From contig CAWJGT010000003.1 in the NCBI GenBank assembly GCA_963842525.1, positions 1,152,001-1,216,000 of the forward strand: DNA of 64,000 nt, given 5' to 3'. The DNA is from an uncultured Holophagales bacterium (GTDB lineage: Bacteria; Acidobacteriota; Thermoanaerobaculia; Multivoradales; UBA5704). The notes under the pieces were generated by a model. It was not told where the DNA came from. It was given only the letters and a program-made list of their open reading frames with translations, and ran no database searches. The translations under genes and the position numbers were made by a program. This document shows positions 10,468 to 20,430 of this stretch, in pieces (the first letter of the stretch is position 1; the number at the start of each line of letters is the position of its first letter).

Positions 10468-11288
10468 CCCGCCGCCGGATCGCAATGCTGGCCGTCAATG
10501 GCACGCTGCTGCTCCTCGCGCTGCTCACCGCTCTGCCTCTGCTATGGATGGTCTCGGCGTCGCTGATGCCCGCGGGCGAGGCCATGACCCTGCCGGTGCG
10601 TCTGCTGCCGTCGCGGCCGACCCTGGAGCACTACGAGACGCTTTTCTCGCGCCTCGCCCTCGGCCGGACCCTCGCCAACACCCTGTTCCTGTCGACGAGC
10701 ATCATGGTCGTCTCGCTGCTCTGCAATTCGATGGCGGGGTATGCCTTCGCCAAGCTGCGCTTCCGCGGACGCGGGAAGCTTTTTGCGATTTTGCTGGCGA
10801 CCCTGATCGTGCCGCCGCAGGTCACCGTGCTGCCGCTCTTCCTGGAGATCCGTGCGCTCGGCCTCGTCAATTCCTTTGGCGGCGTGATCGTAGCGGCGAT
10901 CGCCACTGTTTTCGGCATCTTTCTGATCCGACAATTCGCCCTGGGCATCCCCGACGAGCTGCTCGACGCGGCGCGCCTGGAGGGCGCCTCGGAGCTCCGC
11001 ATCTACTGGACGATCGTTCTGCCGCTGCTGCGGCCGATCCTCGTCACCTTGGGTGTGTTCACATTTCTCACCGCCTGGAACGACTTCATGTGGCCCCTCA
11101 CCGTGCTGACCGACGAGAACAAATACACCCTGCCGGTCGCGCTTGCCAACCTGTCGGGCGAGCACGTGCAGGACACCGAGCTGATGATGGCGGGAGCGGT
11201 GGTCACGGTGCTGCCGGCGCTGCTCCTCTTCCTGGCGGTGCAGCGGTCGTATATCGAGGGCATCCTGATGGGGAGCGTCAAGGAGTGA
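10464..11288 (+). CDS. Sugar ABC transporter permease (MalG-like)
   Basis: IPDELLDAARLEGA, WNDFMWPL, GSVKE end; ATGA coupling to the upstream gene. Confidence 0.93.
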   Translation: MTRRRIAMLAVNGTLLLLALLTALPLLWMVSASLMPAGEAMTLPVRLLPSRPTLEHYETLFSRLALGRTLANTLFLSTSIMVVSLLCNSMAGYAFAKLRFRGRGKLFAILLATLIVPPQVTVLPLFLEIRALGLVNSFGGVIVAAIATVFGIFLIRQFALGIPDELLDAARLEGASELRIYWTIVLPLLRPILVTLGVFTFLTAWNDFMWPLTVLTDENKYTLPVALANLSGEHVQDTELMMAGAVVTVLPALLLFLAVQRSYIEGILMGSVKE

Positions 11289-11290
11289 GG

Positions 11291-11454
11291 CCTCACCCCC
11301 TAGCCCCCTCTCCCATCTCCCGCCCGCCCTGTCCCCGGGAGAGGGGGGACGTTGTTGATGCCTGTGTGGCGAGCTCGCGGAACGGCTCCGGACGCGTTCC
11401 CCCTCTCCCGGCGGGGGGTGGAGGGGAGATGGGAGAGGGGGCTAGGGGGTGAGG
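11291..11454. repeat. Palindromic REP-like element (CCCTCACCCC..CCTCTCCC family), copy 1
   Basis: Terminal inverted repeats CCTCACCCCCTAGCCCCCTCTCCCATCTCCC / GGGAGATGGGAGAGGGGGCTAGGGGGTGAGG with internal hairpins. Confidence 0.88.
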
Positions 11455-14400
11455 TTCTTCATTCTCTGCGCTGTTCTCCTCCTCCTGGGAGCCGCGGAGG
11501 CATCCACCCGGGTCCTCGACGATTTCGAGGACATCGCAGGCTGGAAGAGCACTCCGTCCGACGGTGTCTCGCTGACCCTTTCGCAAGCCGAGGGGACGAG
11601 CGGCCGCGCGTTGCGCCTGGATTTCGATTTCCACGGCGGCGCGGGCTATGCCGTGGCCCGCCAGGAGCTGCCGTTCGAGCTGCCGGAGAATTACGAGATC
11701 TCTTTCCAGGTGCGCGCCGAGGCGCCGATCAACAATTTCGAGGTGAAGCTGATCGATCCCACGAACCAGAACGTCTGGTGGGTCAACCGGCAGCGCTTCG
11801 AGTTTCCGCGCGAATGGACCAGGATCCGCCTGAAGAAACGGCACATCCAGTTCGCCTGGGGACCTGCCGGAGGCGGCGAGATCCGCAAGGTGGCGGCCCT
11901 GGAATTCGCAATCACGGCCGGCACCGGCGGCAAGGGGACCGTGCTCCTCGACGAGTTGACGTTGCGCGAGCTGCCGCCGGCGCATCCATACGACCGCACG
12001 CCGACCGTGACCTCTGGCCCCGGCTGGACCGCCTGGGACTTCCTGGAAGACCTCGAATACGGCGGTCTGGTGATCGATTGGGAGCAGGGAGCCGCCGCAG
12101 CCCGCTATGCCGTCGAGATTTCGGATGACGGAAAAACATGGAAGACGCTGCGCCAGGTCGAAGGCGGCAACGGCGGCCGGGATTACCTTTACACTCCCGA
12201 GATCGAATCGCGCCATCTGCGCCTGCGGCTCCTGGACGGCCCAGGAAAAATCAAGAACCTCGACGTCAAGCCGCTCGATTGGGCACCCACCATCAACGCC
12301 TTTTTCGAGATGATCGCGAAGGACGCCCCGCGAGGCTCCTATCCCCGCGCCTTCTCCGGAGAGCAGGCCTACTGGACCGTCGTCGGCCTCGACGGCGACA
12401 ACGAGGAGGGGTTGCTCGGCGAGGACGGCGCCCTGGAAGTGGGGCAGGGGGCCTTCTCGATCGAGCCCGTCCTCTTCCTGGATGGCGAATTGATCACCTG
12501 GAGCGGCGTCGAGACGGCGCAGAGCTTGGCAGAGGGATACCTGCCGATTCCCACCGTCACCTGGACGCGCGGCAATCTCTCCCTGGAGGTCACCGCCTTC
12601 GCCTCAGGCTCCGGATTATCAGCCCGCTATCGTGTCCGTAATCAAGGCGCTGCTGCGAAGCGCCTGCGCCTCTTTCTGGCCCTTCGTCCTTTCCAGGTGA
12701 ACCCGCCCACGCAGTTCCTCAATCAACCGGGCGGTGTCTCGTCCATCCGCGAGATCGCCTGGGACGGCCATCGCGCCGTAATCAATGGCGAGAGGATTGT
12801 GATCCCAGAAAGCCGGCCCGATGCCTTCGGCGTCACCACATTTGACGGCGGCGAAATCGTCGAGCACCTGCGGCAAGGGAAGCTCCCCGCTGTGTCTTCG
12901 ATCACCGATCCATTCGGCTACGCCTCGGGAGCCTTGGCCTGGGACTTCGATGTGCCACAGGGCGGAGAACGAAGCGTGGATATTACTGTGTCATTTGGCA
13001 CGGGAAAGGCCCCAGAGGGGCCACGGCATGTAGCCCGGGGTCAGAGCGACGAAGGAGCGGCGACCCCGGGTGGAGAAACGGATGATATTCCCAAGCCCCA
13101 GAGGGGCGGCGGCACATTCGGCCGGGCACGGGTTTGCTGCCGCCCCTCCGGGGCTTGGGGAAAAAATTGGTACCTCCTTACCCGGGGTCGCCGCTCCTTC
13201 GTCGCTTTGACCCCGGGCTACACGCCTGAGCCTCTCCGAGGCTCTTTCATACAACAACCGGGGGAACCTGGCCAATCAGCTATGCCTTGGAACGGTTTTC
13301 TCCCCTCTCCCGGGGGAAGGGGGGGCGATGGGAGAGGGACCGGGGGTGAGGGGCCGGCCGCCTATTGGCACAAACGCCTCGACCGCGTCGAGATCGATCT
13401 CCCACCCGCCGCGGTCCCCCTCGTCCACACCTTCAAGACATCCATCGCCCATATCCTGATCAATCGCGACGGCCCTGCCATCCAGCCAGGCTCCCGCGCG
13501 TACGCCCGTACCTGGATACGTGACGGCTCGCTGACCTCTTCGGCCCTGCTGCGCGCCGGTCATTCTGAAGAGGCCCGTGACCTCATCCTCTGGTACGCGC
13601 CATACCAGTTTGCGAACGGCAAGGTCCCTTGCTGCGTGGACGCCCGCGGCGCCGATCCCGTGCCCGAGAACGACAGCCACGGCGAGCTTATCTTCCTGAT
13701 CGCCGAATACTGGCGCTTCACACGCGACCGCGCGACGGTGGAGAAGGTCTGGCCGCATGTCGAGAAGGCTGTGGCCTACATCGACGAGCTGCGCAGCCAG
13801 CGCCGCACCGGCGAATACCGGCAGGCCGACAAACGCAAGTATTTTGGCCTTCTCCCCGAATCGATCAGCCACGAAGGCTACTCGGCTCGTCCCGTTCACT
13901 CGTACTGGGACGACTTCTTCGCCTTGAAGGGCCTGAAGGACGCGGTGGACCTCGCCCAGGTTCTTGGGAAAAAGAACGAAGCCACCCGCTGGGCCGCGAT
14001 TCGCGACGAATTCCGTGCGGATCTCTACGCTTCGCTCGACCGAGTGATCTCCGAGGCCAGGATCGAATACATCCCCGGCTCCGCCGAGCTGGCCGATTTC
14101 GACGCCACCTCCACGACCACCGCCATCAGCCCCGGCGGCGAGCTCGAGCACCTGCCGCGGCCCGCGCTGGAACAGACGTTCGAGCGCTATTGGCGGGAAT
14201 TCGTGCGGCGCAGGACCGCCACCGACTGGGAGGGCTACACCCCCTACGAGCTGCGCGTCGTGGGCACTTTCGTGCGCCTCGGCTGGAAGGACCGCGCCCA
14301 CGAGCTGCTCGAATTTTTCATGAAAGACCGGCGGCCCCCGGGCTGGAACCAGTGGCCCGAGGTGGTGCGCCGCGACCCGCGCGCTCCCGGCTTCCAGGGC

Positions 14401-14919
14401 GACCTCCCGCACACCTGGGTCGCCTCGGACTTCATGCGCTCGTTCCTCGACCTCTTCGCCTACGAGCGCGACTCCGACCAGGCGCTCGTCCTCGGCGCGG
14501 GAGTGCCGGCGGAGTGGCTCGCGCGGCCGGAAGGGATCGCCGTGCGCAACCTGGCCACGCCGTGGGGGCCCCTGAGTTTCACATTGACCCGCCACGGAAA
14601 AGGCGTCCGATATTCGATCGCGAGCGGCACCGAGATCCCGCCCGGAGGCATCGTGCTCACCTGGCCCCTCGAGGGACAGCCGGCGGGAGGCCCGGTGGTC
14701 GTGCGGCGTCTGCCGGCCACGGTCGATCTGGACGGGGCGGCCCCTCACCCCCGGCCCCTCTCCCATCGCCCCCCCTTCCCCCGGGAGAGGGGAGAAAGAC
14801 TTTCCACGCACCCGGTCCCTTCTTTATCTGTCTTTTTCCCCCCTCTCCCGGTCGGTGGGGGGGCGATGGGAGAGGGGGGCCAGGGGGGTGAGGGGTCCGC
14901 CGGTGGAGGGGCGCCATGA
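11449..14919 (+). CDS. Secreted multidomain protein: CBM-like domain, F5/8-type C (discoidin) domain and six-hairpin glycosidase-like domain, with in-frame repeat insertions
   Basis: Signal peptide; VLDDFED..ALRLDFDF; YAVEISDDGKTW; YARTWIRDGS, PESISHEGY, HSYWDDF. Confidence 0.8.
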   Translation: MRFFILCAVLLLLGAAEASTRVLDDFEDIAGWKSTPSDGVSLTLSQAEGTSGRALRLDFDFHGGAGYAVARQELPFELPENYEISFQVRAEAPINNFEVKLIDPTNQNVWWVNRQRFEFPREWTRIRLKKRHIQFAWGPAGGGEIRKVAALEFAITAGTGGKGTVLLDELTLRELPPAHPYDRTPTVTSGPGWTAWDFLEDLEYGGLVIDWEQGAAAARYAVEISDDGKTWKTLRQVEGGNGGRDYLYTPEIESRHLRLRLLDGPGKIKNLDVKPLDWAPTINAFFEMIAKDAPRGSYPRAFSGEQAYWTVVGLDGDNEEGLLGEDGALEVGQGAFSIEPVLFLDGELITWSGVETAQSLAEGYLPIPTVTWTRGNLSLEVTAFASGSGLSARYRVRNQGAAAKRLRLFLALRPFQVNPPTQFLNQPGGVSSIREIAWDGHRAVINGERIVIPESRPDAFGVTTFDGGEIVEHLRQGKLPAVSSITDPFGYASGALAWDFDVPQGGERSVDITVSFGTGKAPEGPRHVARGQSDEGAATPGGETDDIPKPQRGGGTFGRARVCCRPSGAWGKNWYLLTRGRRSFVALTPGYTPEPLRGSFIQQPGEPGQSAMPWNGFLPSPGGRGGDGRGTGGEGPAAYWHKRLDRVEIDLPPAAVPLVHTFKTSIAHILINRDGPAIQPGSRAYARTWIRDGSLTSSALLRAGHSEEARDLILWYAPYQFANGKVPCCVDARGADPVPENDSHGELIFLIAEYWRFTRDRATVEKVWPHVEKAVAYIDELRSQRRTGEYRQADKRKYFGLLPESISHEGYSARPVHSYWDDFFALKGLKDAVDLAQVLGKKNEATRWAAIRDEFRADLYASLDRVISEARIEYIPGSAELADFDATSTTTAISPGGELEHLPRPALEQTFERYWREFVRRRTATDWEGYTPYELRVVGTFVRLGWKDRAHELLEFFMKDRRPPGWNQWPEVVRRDPRAPGFQGDLPHTWVASDFMRSFLDLFAYERDSDQALVLGAGVPAEWLARPEGIAVRNLATPWGPLSFTLTRHGKGVRYSIASGTEIPPGGIVLTWPLEGQPAGGPVVVRRLPATVDLDGAAPHPRPLSHRPPFPRERGERLSTHPVPSLSVFFPPLPVGGGAMGEGGQGGEGSAGGGAP
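13009..13243. repeat. Nested palindromic (REP/REPIN-like) element inserted in frame in a CDS
   Basis: Long inverted repeat TGTAGCCCGGGGTCAGAGCGACGAAGGAGCGGCGACCCCGGG / CCCGGGGTCGCCGCTCCTTCGTCGCTTTGACCCCGGGCTACA, with GCCCCAGAGGGGC hairpins. Confidence 0.85.
13301..13353. repeat. Half copy of the CCCTCACCCC element, in frame in a CDS
   Basis: CCCCTCTCCCGGGGG...GATGGGAGAGGGACCGGGGGTGAGGGG matches the right arm of the other copies. Confidence 0.85.
14741..14895. repeat. Palindromic REP-like element, copy 2 (translated as the C-terminal tail of the upstream CDS)
   Basis: CCCCTCACCCCCGGCCCCTCTCCCATCGCC...GGCGATGGGAGAGGGGGGCCAGGGGGGTGAGGGG. Confidence 0.88.
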
Positions 14920-17275
14920 GCCGGTACGGTCACTTTTCTGACGACGGCACCGAGTACGTGATCACCGATCCCCGGCCGCCGCGGCCCTGGATCAATATCA
15001 TTGCCAACCCGCGCGTCGGCCTCGCCGTTTCGCAGACCGGCAGCGGCTTCTCCTGGATCGACAACTCCCAGTTGGCGGTGCTCGTGCGCTGGCAGCAGGA
15101 TCTTACCGAAGACCGCTCCGGCCGTTTCCTCTATCTCTGGGACCGCGATACGGACGAGGTCTGGTCGCTCGCGCCCGCCCCCTGCTGGCCGGCCTACGAT
15201 CGCTACGCCTGCCGTCACGGGTTCGGCTATACCACCTTCGAGACCGAGCACCGCGGCCTGCGCGCGCACTGGACCCTGTCGGTCGATCCCGAGGCCACCG
15301 TCGAGCTGTGGCGGCTGCGTCTCGAAGATACCAGCGGGCGGCCGCGCCGGCTCTCCGCGGTCGCCTACCTCGAATGGAACTGCGGCGTGGCACCAGCGCC
15401 CCGGCGCGAGTTTCAAAAGCTTTTCCTGGAGACCGGCTTCGATCCTGCCGGTGTCATCACCGCCGGCAGCCACATGTGGGACCTGCCCTCGCCGCGCTGG
15501 GGGCATTGGAACCGGAGCTTCCCGTACTGGAGCGCCTTCGCGGCCACCGCGCCGGTCGCCGCGGCCGAGGGCGACAAGATGGCCTTCCTCGGCCGCTACG
15601 GCGACTGGCGGCGGCCGGCGGCCCTGAGCAGTGATGCCTCATGGCCCGCGCTCTTTGGCCGCCACTACGACCCCGTGGCCGCGTTGCGCTGCGACGTGGA
15701 CATCGCCGCTGCGGCGCGTTCGATCTCGGGTTTGTCCTGGCCACCGCCGAGGATCGCGATGAGGCTGCGGTCCTGGCCCGGCGCTTCGCCGCACCGGACC
15801 TCATGGACGCCTCCCTGGCCGCAGCCGTGGCCGGCTGGCACGACCGCCTCGCCACGCATCGCATCGAGACGCCGGAGCCGCAGCTCGACCTCCTCGCCAA
15901 CGACTGGCTGCGCTACCAGGCCATCTCAGCCCGACTCTGGGGCCGCGCGGGCTATTACCAGCAGAGTGGCGCCTATGGCTTCCGCGACCAGCTCCAGGAC
16001 TCGCAGGTCTGGCTCACCATCGAGCCGCCGCGTTGCCGGCAGCAGATCGCCCTCCACGCCGCGCACCAGTTCGCCGACGGCTCGGTCTACCACTGGTGGC
16101 ACCCGCTTTCCGAGCAGGGGCACATCACGAAGATGACCGACGACCTGCTCTGGCTCGCCTTCGTCACCGCCAACTACCTCAAGGAAACCGGCGACTTCAC
16201 CATCCTCGACGATCGCACGCCCTACCTCGACGACCCCGAGCCGCACCCGCTCCTCGACCACGTCGAACGCGCCTTCGCCCGCACCTTCGCCCGCACCGGG
16301 CCGAGGGGCCTGCCCTTCATCGGCGGAGGCGACTGGAACGACGGCCTGTCAGCGCTGGGCCTCCAGGAGCGAGGAGAGTCGGTCTGGCTCGCGCAGTTCC
16401 TCGCCGGCCTCCTGGCCGACTGGAGCGAGATCCACCGCCGCCGCGGTGATCTGGAGCGGGCGGAGGATCTCGCGGCGCGCCGGCAGGCGCTGGTGGCAGC
16501 CATCAACGGGCACGCCTGGGACGGCGGCTGGTACCGCCGCGCCACCCGCGACGACGGCACCTGGATCGGCAGCGCCGAGAACCGTGCCGGCCGCATCTTC
16601 CTCAACGCTCAGACCTGGGCAATTCTCAACGACATCGCGCCGCCGGAGCGAGCGAAAGCCTGCCTCGCCGCGGTCAAAGAGTACCTGGTGACCGAAGCGG
16701 GCTCTCTGCTCCTCGCGCCGGCCTACAACGAGCCCGACGAGACCATCGGCTACATCACCCGCTACGCCCCGGGCCTGCGGGAAAACGGCGGCATCTACAC
16801 CCACGCAGCCACCTGGGCAATCGCAGCAGCAGCGAAGATGAGGGACGCCGATCTCTTAGGCCGGCTGCTCACCGCGATCAATCCCGCCCTCAAGGACCCC
16901 GAGCGTTTCTGGGCCGAGCCCTACGTCCTACCCGGCAACATCGACGGCCCCGATTCGCCATACCCCGGCCGCGGCGGCTGGAGTTGGTACACCGGCTCCG
17001 CCGCCTGGCTGCCGCGGGTGATCGCGGAATGGGTCCTGGGCGTCCGTCCCACCTGGGAAGGCCTGCGCTTCGATCCCTGCCTGCCGCCGGGTTGGAACCG
17101 AGCTTCGATGATGCGTCCCTGGCGTGGTGCCCGGCTGCACGTCGAGATCGAACGGGTGGCGGGGATGGCTGGGGGGGAGGTGGATGTGACAGTCGATGGC
17201 GAGCCGCTTGGGGCCTGCGCCCTCGCTGAGGTTCGCGCCGGAGCGGAGGTGCGGGTCCGGGTATGCTGCGGCTGA
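14916..17275 (+). CDS. GH94 glycoside phosphorylase (frameshift near 15710)
   Basis: YGHFSDDGTEYVIT..PRPWINII; YYQQSGAYGFRDQLQD; GDWNDG; ENGGIYTHA; WYTGSA. Split across ORFs 14916..16136 and 15641..17275. Confidence 0.9.
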
Positions 17276-17279
17276 CGCG

Positions 17280-17605
17280 AGTCGGAAAGAGATCAAGTCC
17301 ACGACACCCGGCCCACCTATGGGCCCTTGTTCATAGGCGGACCATGCGTCTTGCCAATCCTCTTCGGTTGGCTGGATGGCACGCCCTGCCGCCCCCATCT
17401 CCTTCCAGAGGGCTGCAACGGTCGCGCGGGGGCGCCGAGCTGCGGCGTTCGCGCACTCCAAGAGGACAAGGGAGGTGGTGTACAAAGTCGCCCGCTCCTT
17501 GGAAAATTCTTGGAATGCCTTCACGGCGGCGGGATGCCACTGGTCGCTTCGGTCCCAAAGCGCCAGTAAGCCGACCGTGTCGAGGAAAACCGGGGAGACG
17601 GTCAA
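17280..17605 (-). pseudogene. vapC: PIN-domain (VapC) toxin, apparently 3'-truncated
   Basis: VFLDTVGLLAL..DQWH..TTSLVLLEC..VVDLISF. The usual TxDxHF tail is absent and the frame runs into the antisense strand of GH94. Confidence 0.7.
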
Positions 17606-17814
17606 GGCTGATGCTCGTTGTGCCGGGCCGCCACATCAGTTTCTCCGGACTCGAACCTGGCTTCGAGGACGGCGTAGATGGCGTCCAGGCGCTCCTTCTC
17701 GGCCGGAGGCGCTACGCTCCGCAGCTCGACCTCGACCTCGCTCGATTCCGGCAGGTCTACCGGCTCTGTGGGACGGAAGACCCCGTTCTCATAGACGGCA
17801 TGGATGACCGGCAT
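17602..17814 (-). CDS. Antitoxin, DUF104/AF2212-like
   Basis: MPVIHAVYENGVFRPTEPVDLPE, 70 aa, coupled to the PIN gene. Confidence 0.85.
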   Translation of the reverse strand: MPVIHAVYENGVFRPTEPVDLPESSEVEVELRSVAPPAEKERLDAIYAVLEARFESGETDVAARHNEHQP

Positions 17815-17913
17815 TCGTGTTTCTCCCTGGCTGGACCCCGTCGGGGCAGCATGCTGCCCGGTAGAGTGTACTACGAGCTCGGGGGCAGCGTCAGGCAGAC
17901 GCGGCCCAGGCCG

Positions 17914-18021
17914 GGCCCAGGCCTGCTGGGGCTGGCAGCTATCGAGAAGGCGCTGTCGCGGCCGCTGGGTGGGCGCCGGGTGAATCTGCGAACCGCGCAG
18001 GATCTGAGCGCGCATTTCCGC
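17914..18021 (+). pseudogene. Remnant of an MNT (minimal nucleotidyltransferase) antitoxin gene
   Basis: PGLLGLAAIEKALSRPLGGRRVNLRTAQDLSAHFR resembles the MNT C-terminal half; no N-terminal FGS/DxD motif. Confidence 0.55.
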
Positions 18022-18060
18022 AGCCCGCGCCACGATGATGCGTCCCTAGCGTGGCTGCGG

Positions 18061-18396
18061 CTAACGTATACAGACGTCGAGAAGGTCGAGAACGTCCTCG
18101 ACGAATTCAGTCGGCGCCGGCTCGATGAGCTTGGCGCGACGCATCGCAAAGTCCATCGACTTCACCTGCTCGACCATAACGAAACCGATCACGGACGACG
18201 TAGAGGGTACCGGCAGATGAAAAGGGTATCCACGATCCGTGTTGGTCACCGGGCAGACGATCGCCAGGCCGGTATGCTTGGTGAACAGATCGTTGCTGAG
18301 CACCAGCGCCGGCCTGCGTCCTTTCTGTTCGTGACCCGCCTGCGGGTCGAACGAAATGGTGATGAAGTCGCCCTTCTTCGGGATGTAGCGGGGCAC
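18061..18396 (-). CDS. mazF: PemK/MazF toxin
   Basis: FDPQAGHEQKGRRPALVLS..VCPVT..GYPFH. Confidence 0.93.
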   Translation of the reverse strand: MPRYIPKKGDFITISFDPQAGHEQKGRRPALVLSNDLFTKHTGLAIVCPVTNTDRGYPFHLPVPSTSSVIGFVMVEQVKSMDFAMRRAKLIEPAPTEFVEDVLDLLDVCIR

Positions 18397-18642
18397 CTAC
18401 CACTCCTCCTTGCCGACTGGTGGCCCGCTGTCGACCTCCTGCGTCTTGTAGCCTTTCGGGATCCGAGCGACCAGCTCGGAGAGATCGTACTTGGATCGCC
18501 GCACCTTCCTGACTACGATCTCATGATCCCCGGCGATGATTTCGACCTCGTCGCCCAGTGCAATGTCGGTCAGGTTGAGGACGTGCTTGGGCAGGCGCAG
18601 ACCTTGGCTGTTGCCCCACTTTTGAACTTTGGCGATGGTCAT
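18397..18642 (-). CDS. mazE: AbrB/MazE antitoxin
   Basis: KVQKWGNSQGLRLPK...GPPVGKEEW. Confidence 0.93.
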   Translation of the reverse strand: MTIAKVQKWGNSQGLRLPKHVLNLTDIALGDEVEIIAGDHEIVVRKVRRSKYDLSELVARIPKGYKTQEVDSGPPVGKEEW

Positions 18643-18665
18643 GGCGAGCTTCTCCCTCGCGGGAT

Positions 18666-18694
18666 AGCCTATGTATACACATCGCCGCTGTCAA
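18666..18694 (-). promoter_or_regulatory. mazEF promoter with a probable autoregulatory palindrome
   Basis: TTGACA-17 bp-TAGGCT on the minus strand; TGTATACA palindrome in the spacer. Confidence 0.7.
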
Positions 18695-18770
18695 TGGGGC
18701 TGACGCTGCCGACCGTGTCGAGGAAAACCAGGACAGGTACAGCCACTAATTCGGGTGCCGAAGAGCGCTG

Positions 18771-18809
18771 GGGACAGGGCCCTCGCCACTTCGGGCGGGG
18801 GCCCTGTCC
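18771..18809. terminator. GC-rich hairpin, probable terminator
   Basis: GGACAGGGCCC...GGGCCCTGTCC inverted repeat. Confidence 0.5.
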
Positions 18810-18823
18810 ACCTTTAGAAGGCC

Positions 18824-19103
18824 TTAGAAGAGCCTAAGGCCGATGACCTGTGGAGTGACGGCGGCCACGCTGCGGGACAGCCGGACCTCGACGAAGTACA
18901 GGCTCGTGCCGAAGTTGATCGACCCCGCGGGGAAGTTGCTGACGGTGCAGAGAGGGGTCGTGGCCCCGGTGCAGGCATTCACCCGCCAGAGGACGGCGGC
19001 GATGGCGCTCGACGGCGAGTTGTCGAAGTAGGTCAGCTCCAGGGTGGTCCAGGGCGGCGCGTCCGTGAGCCCGCCACCGAAGGTGGACGGTGGCTCTGTT
19101 CAT
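18824..19103 (-). pseudogene. Degenerate or deleted small gene remnant
   Basis: Strong AGGAGG RBS and MNRATVHL start, then a frame change to ..LELTYFDNSPSSAIAAVLWRVN..YFVEVRL..GLRLF*. Confidence 0.45.
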
Positions 19104-19372
19104 TGTCTCCTCCTTGAGGCGGTTGAACGACTTCTAACAAGGTAAGGTGCGCTCGCGGTTCCCGGAGGGACAGGGGTAGCGCTGGAGCTGACCGGCGTGG
19201 GGCTGGACGCGATTGGTTTGGGGGTGTCCTGAATGCCGGAGCGGTAGGGCCGCTCCGGATCAGCGAGCAGCCGGATCGCCTCATGAAGCTCTCGCTCCGT
19301 AAAGCCTGCGAGCCGCTCGTCTCCTGGAGCGGCGCCAGCCGATTCCTGGAGGTTCCGGATGCTTTTGTGGGC

Positions 19373-19645
19373 GATCCGCTCCGCGGAGCGGACCGTCTGT
19401 TCCGCGGAACAGGTCGCCTGTTCCGCGGAGCGGATTGTCCACACTGTGGCGTGAGCGCCCGTTCCATGGTCTGGGTGGCCCGCTCCATGGCCTGGGTGAT
19501 CCGCTCCATGGCCTGGGTGATCCGCTCTGGTCTGGGCGGCCTGCTCCACGGAGCGAGTGGCTCAGATCCCGGAGCGGACGGCCCGCTCCGCGGCTGGATG
19601 GCCCGTTCCGCGGAGCAGCTCGTCCGCTCCGCGGAGCGGGAGGCC
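19373..19645. repeat. Degenerate 21-bp tandem array of palindromic units
   Basis: Roughly 13 units such as CCGCTCCGCGGAGCGG, CTGTTCCGCGGAACAG and CCGCTCCATGGCCTGGGTGAT at 21-bp spacing. Confidence 0.7.
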
Positions 19646-19892
19646 CAGAATTCGATGGCGCCGGCTCAGCAGGTGGCAGCCACCGAGGACTACAACCAGT
19701 AGGCCGATCCCGGAAGCACGACCGCAACGGGCTCGCAGCCTCCCTGCCCCCAGATCCTTCGCAAAGCCGCCGTTGAAAAGCCGAAACTGAGATCCCTTAG
19801 CTCAGAGCCGCGGATCGGGTAAGCTGCGGCTGGCGCGCAGATTCGAGGACGAATCCGAGGCAGACAACGCGATTCTACGGGAGGTCCCGACG

Positions 19893-20405
19893 ATGAGGAT
19901 TGTGCGATATCTTTTCGCAGCCGGATACTCAGCCATCTCTCTCCTCTTCTTCGGCTGTGGGATCGCCTTGATCGCCTTCGCCGTCCTTGAGCTCTGGGAA
20001 GGCGTCGTGCTTGGAGCCGGCTTGGAGCCGAGAGTCCGGTTCAATGCAGTCCTCGAGGCCATCGGGCTGCTGACGATCGCGGTCGCCTCGCTCGAGCTGG
20101 GACAGACGATCCTCGAAGAGGAGGTCCAGCGGGAAGCGCACATGAGCGCACCGACCCGGGTGCGGCGCTTCCTCTCACGGTTTCTGATCGTGGTCATCGT
20201 GTCGCTCTCGATCGAGACCCTGGTCGCCGTGTTCCGCCTCATCCATGACGACCCGGCGCGCCTGCCCCAGGCCTCGACGATCGGTCTTGCGACGGCTGCG
20301 CTGCTCGCGGCGTGGGGCGTGTTCATCCGGCTCAACCGCAGCGCGGAGGAGCTCGAGCCGGAAGCGATGGAGAAGGCAAAAAGCGAGGACGACGCCTTGG
20401 AGTGA
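19893..20405 (+). CDS. Four-TM membrane protein (PsiE-like topology)
   Basis: Four hydrophobic segments; GGAGG RBS. Confidence 0.75.
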   Translation: MRIVRYLFAAGYSAISLLFFGCGIALIAFAVLELWEGVVLGAGLEPRVRFNAVLEAIGLLTIAVASLELGQTILEEEVQREAHMSAPTRVRRFLSRFLIVVIVSLSIETLVAVFRLIHDDPARLPQASTIGLATAALLAAWGVFIRLNRSAEELEPEAMEKAKSEDDALE

Positions 20406-20430
20406 TCGCAGGCTTGCGAGCACAGCAAGC

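Noticed and set aside
16928-17605. 225-aa extended VapC
   Set aside because: The tail is the antisense of the GH94 3' end and reflects truncation, not a new domain.
19373-19645. CRISPR array
   Set aside because: The units are contiguous and degenerate, with no unique spacers and no cas genes.
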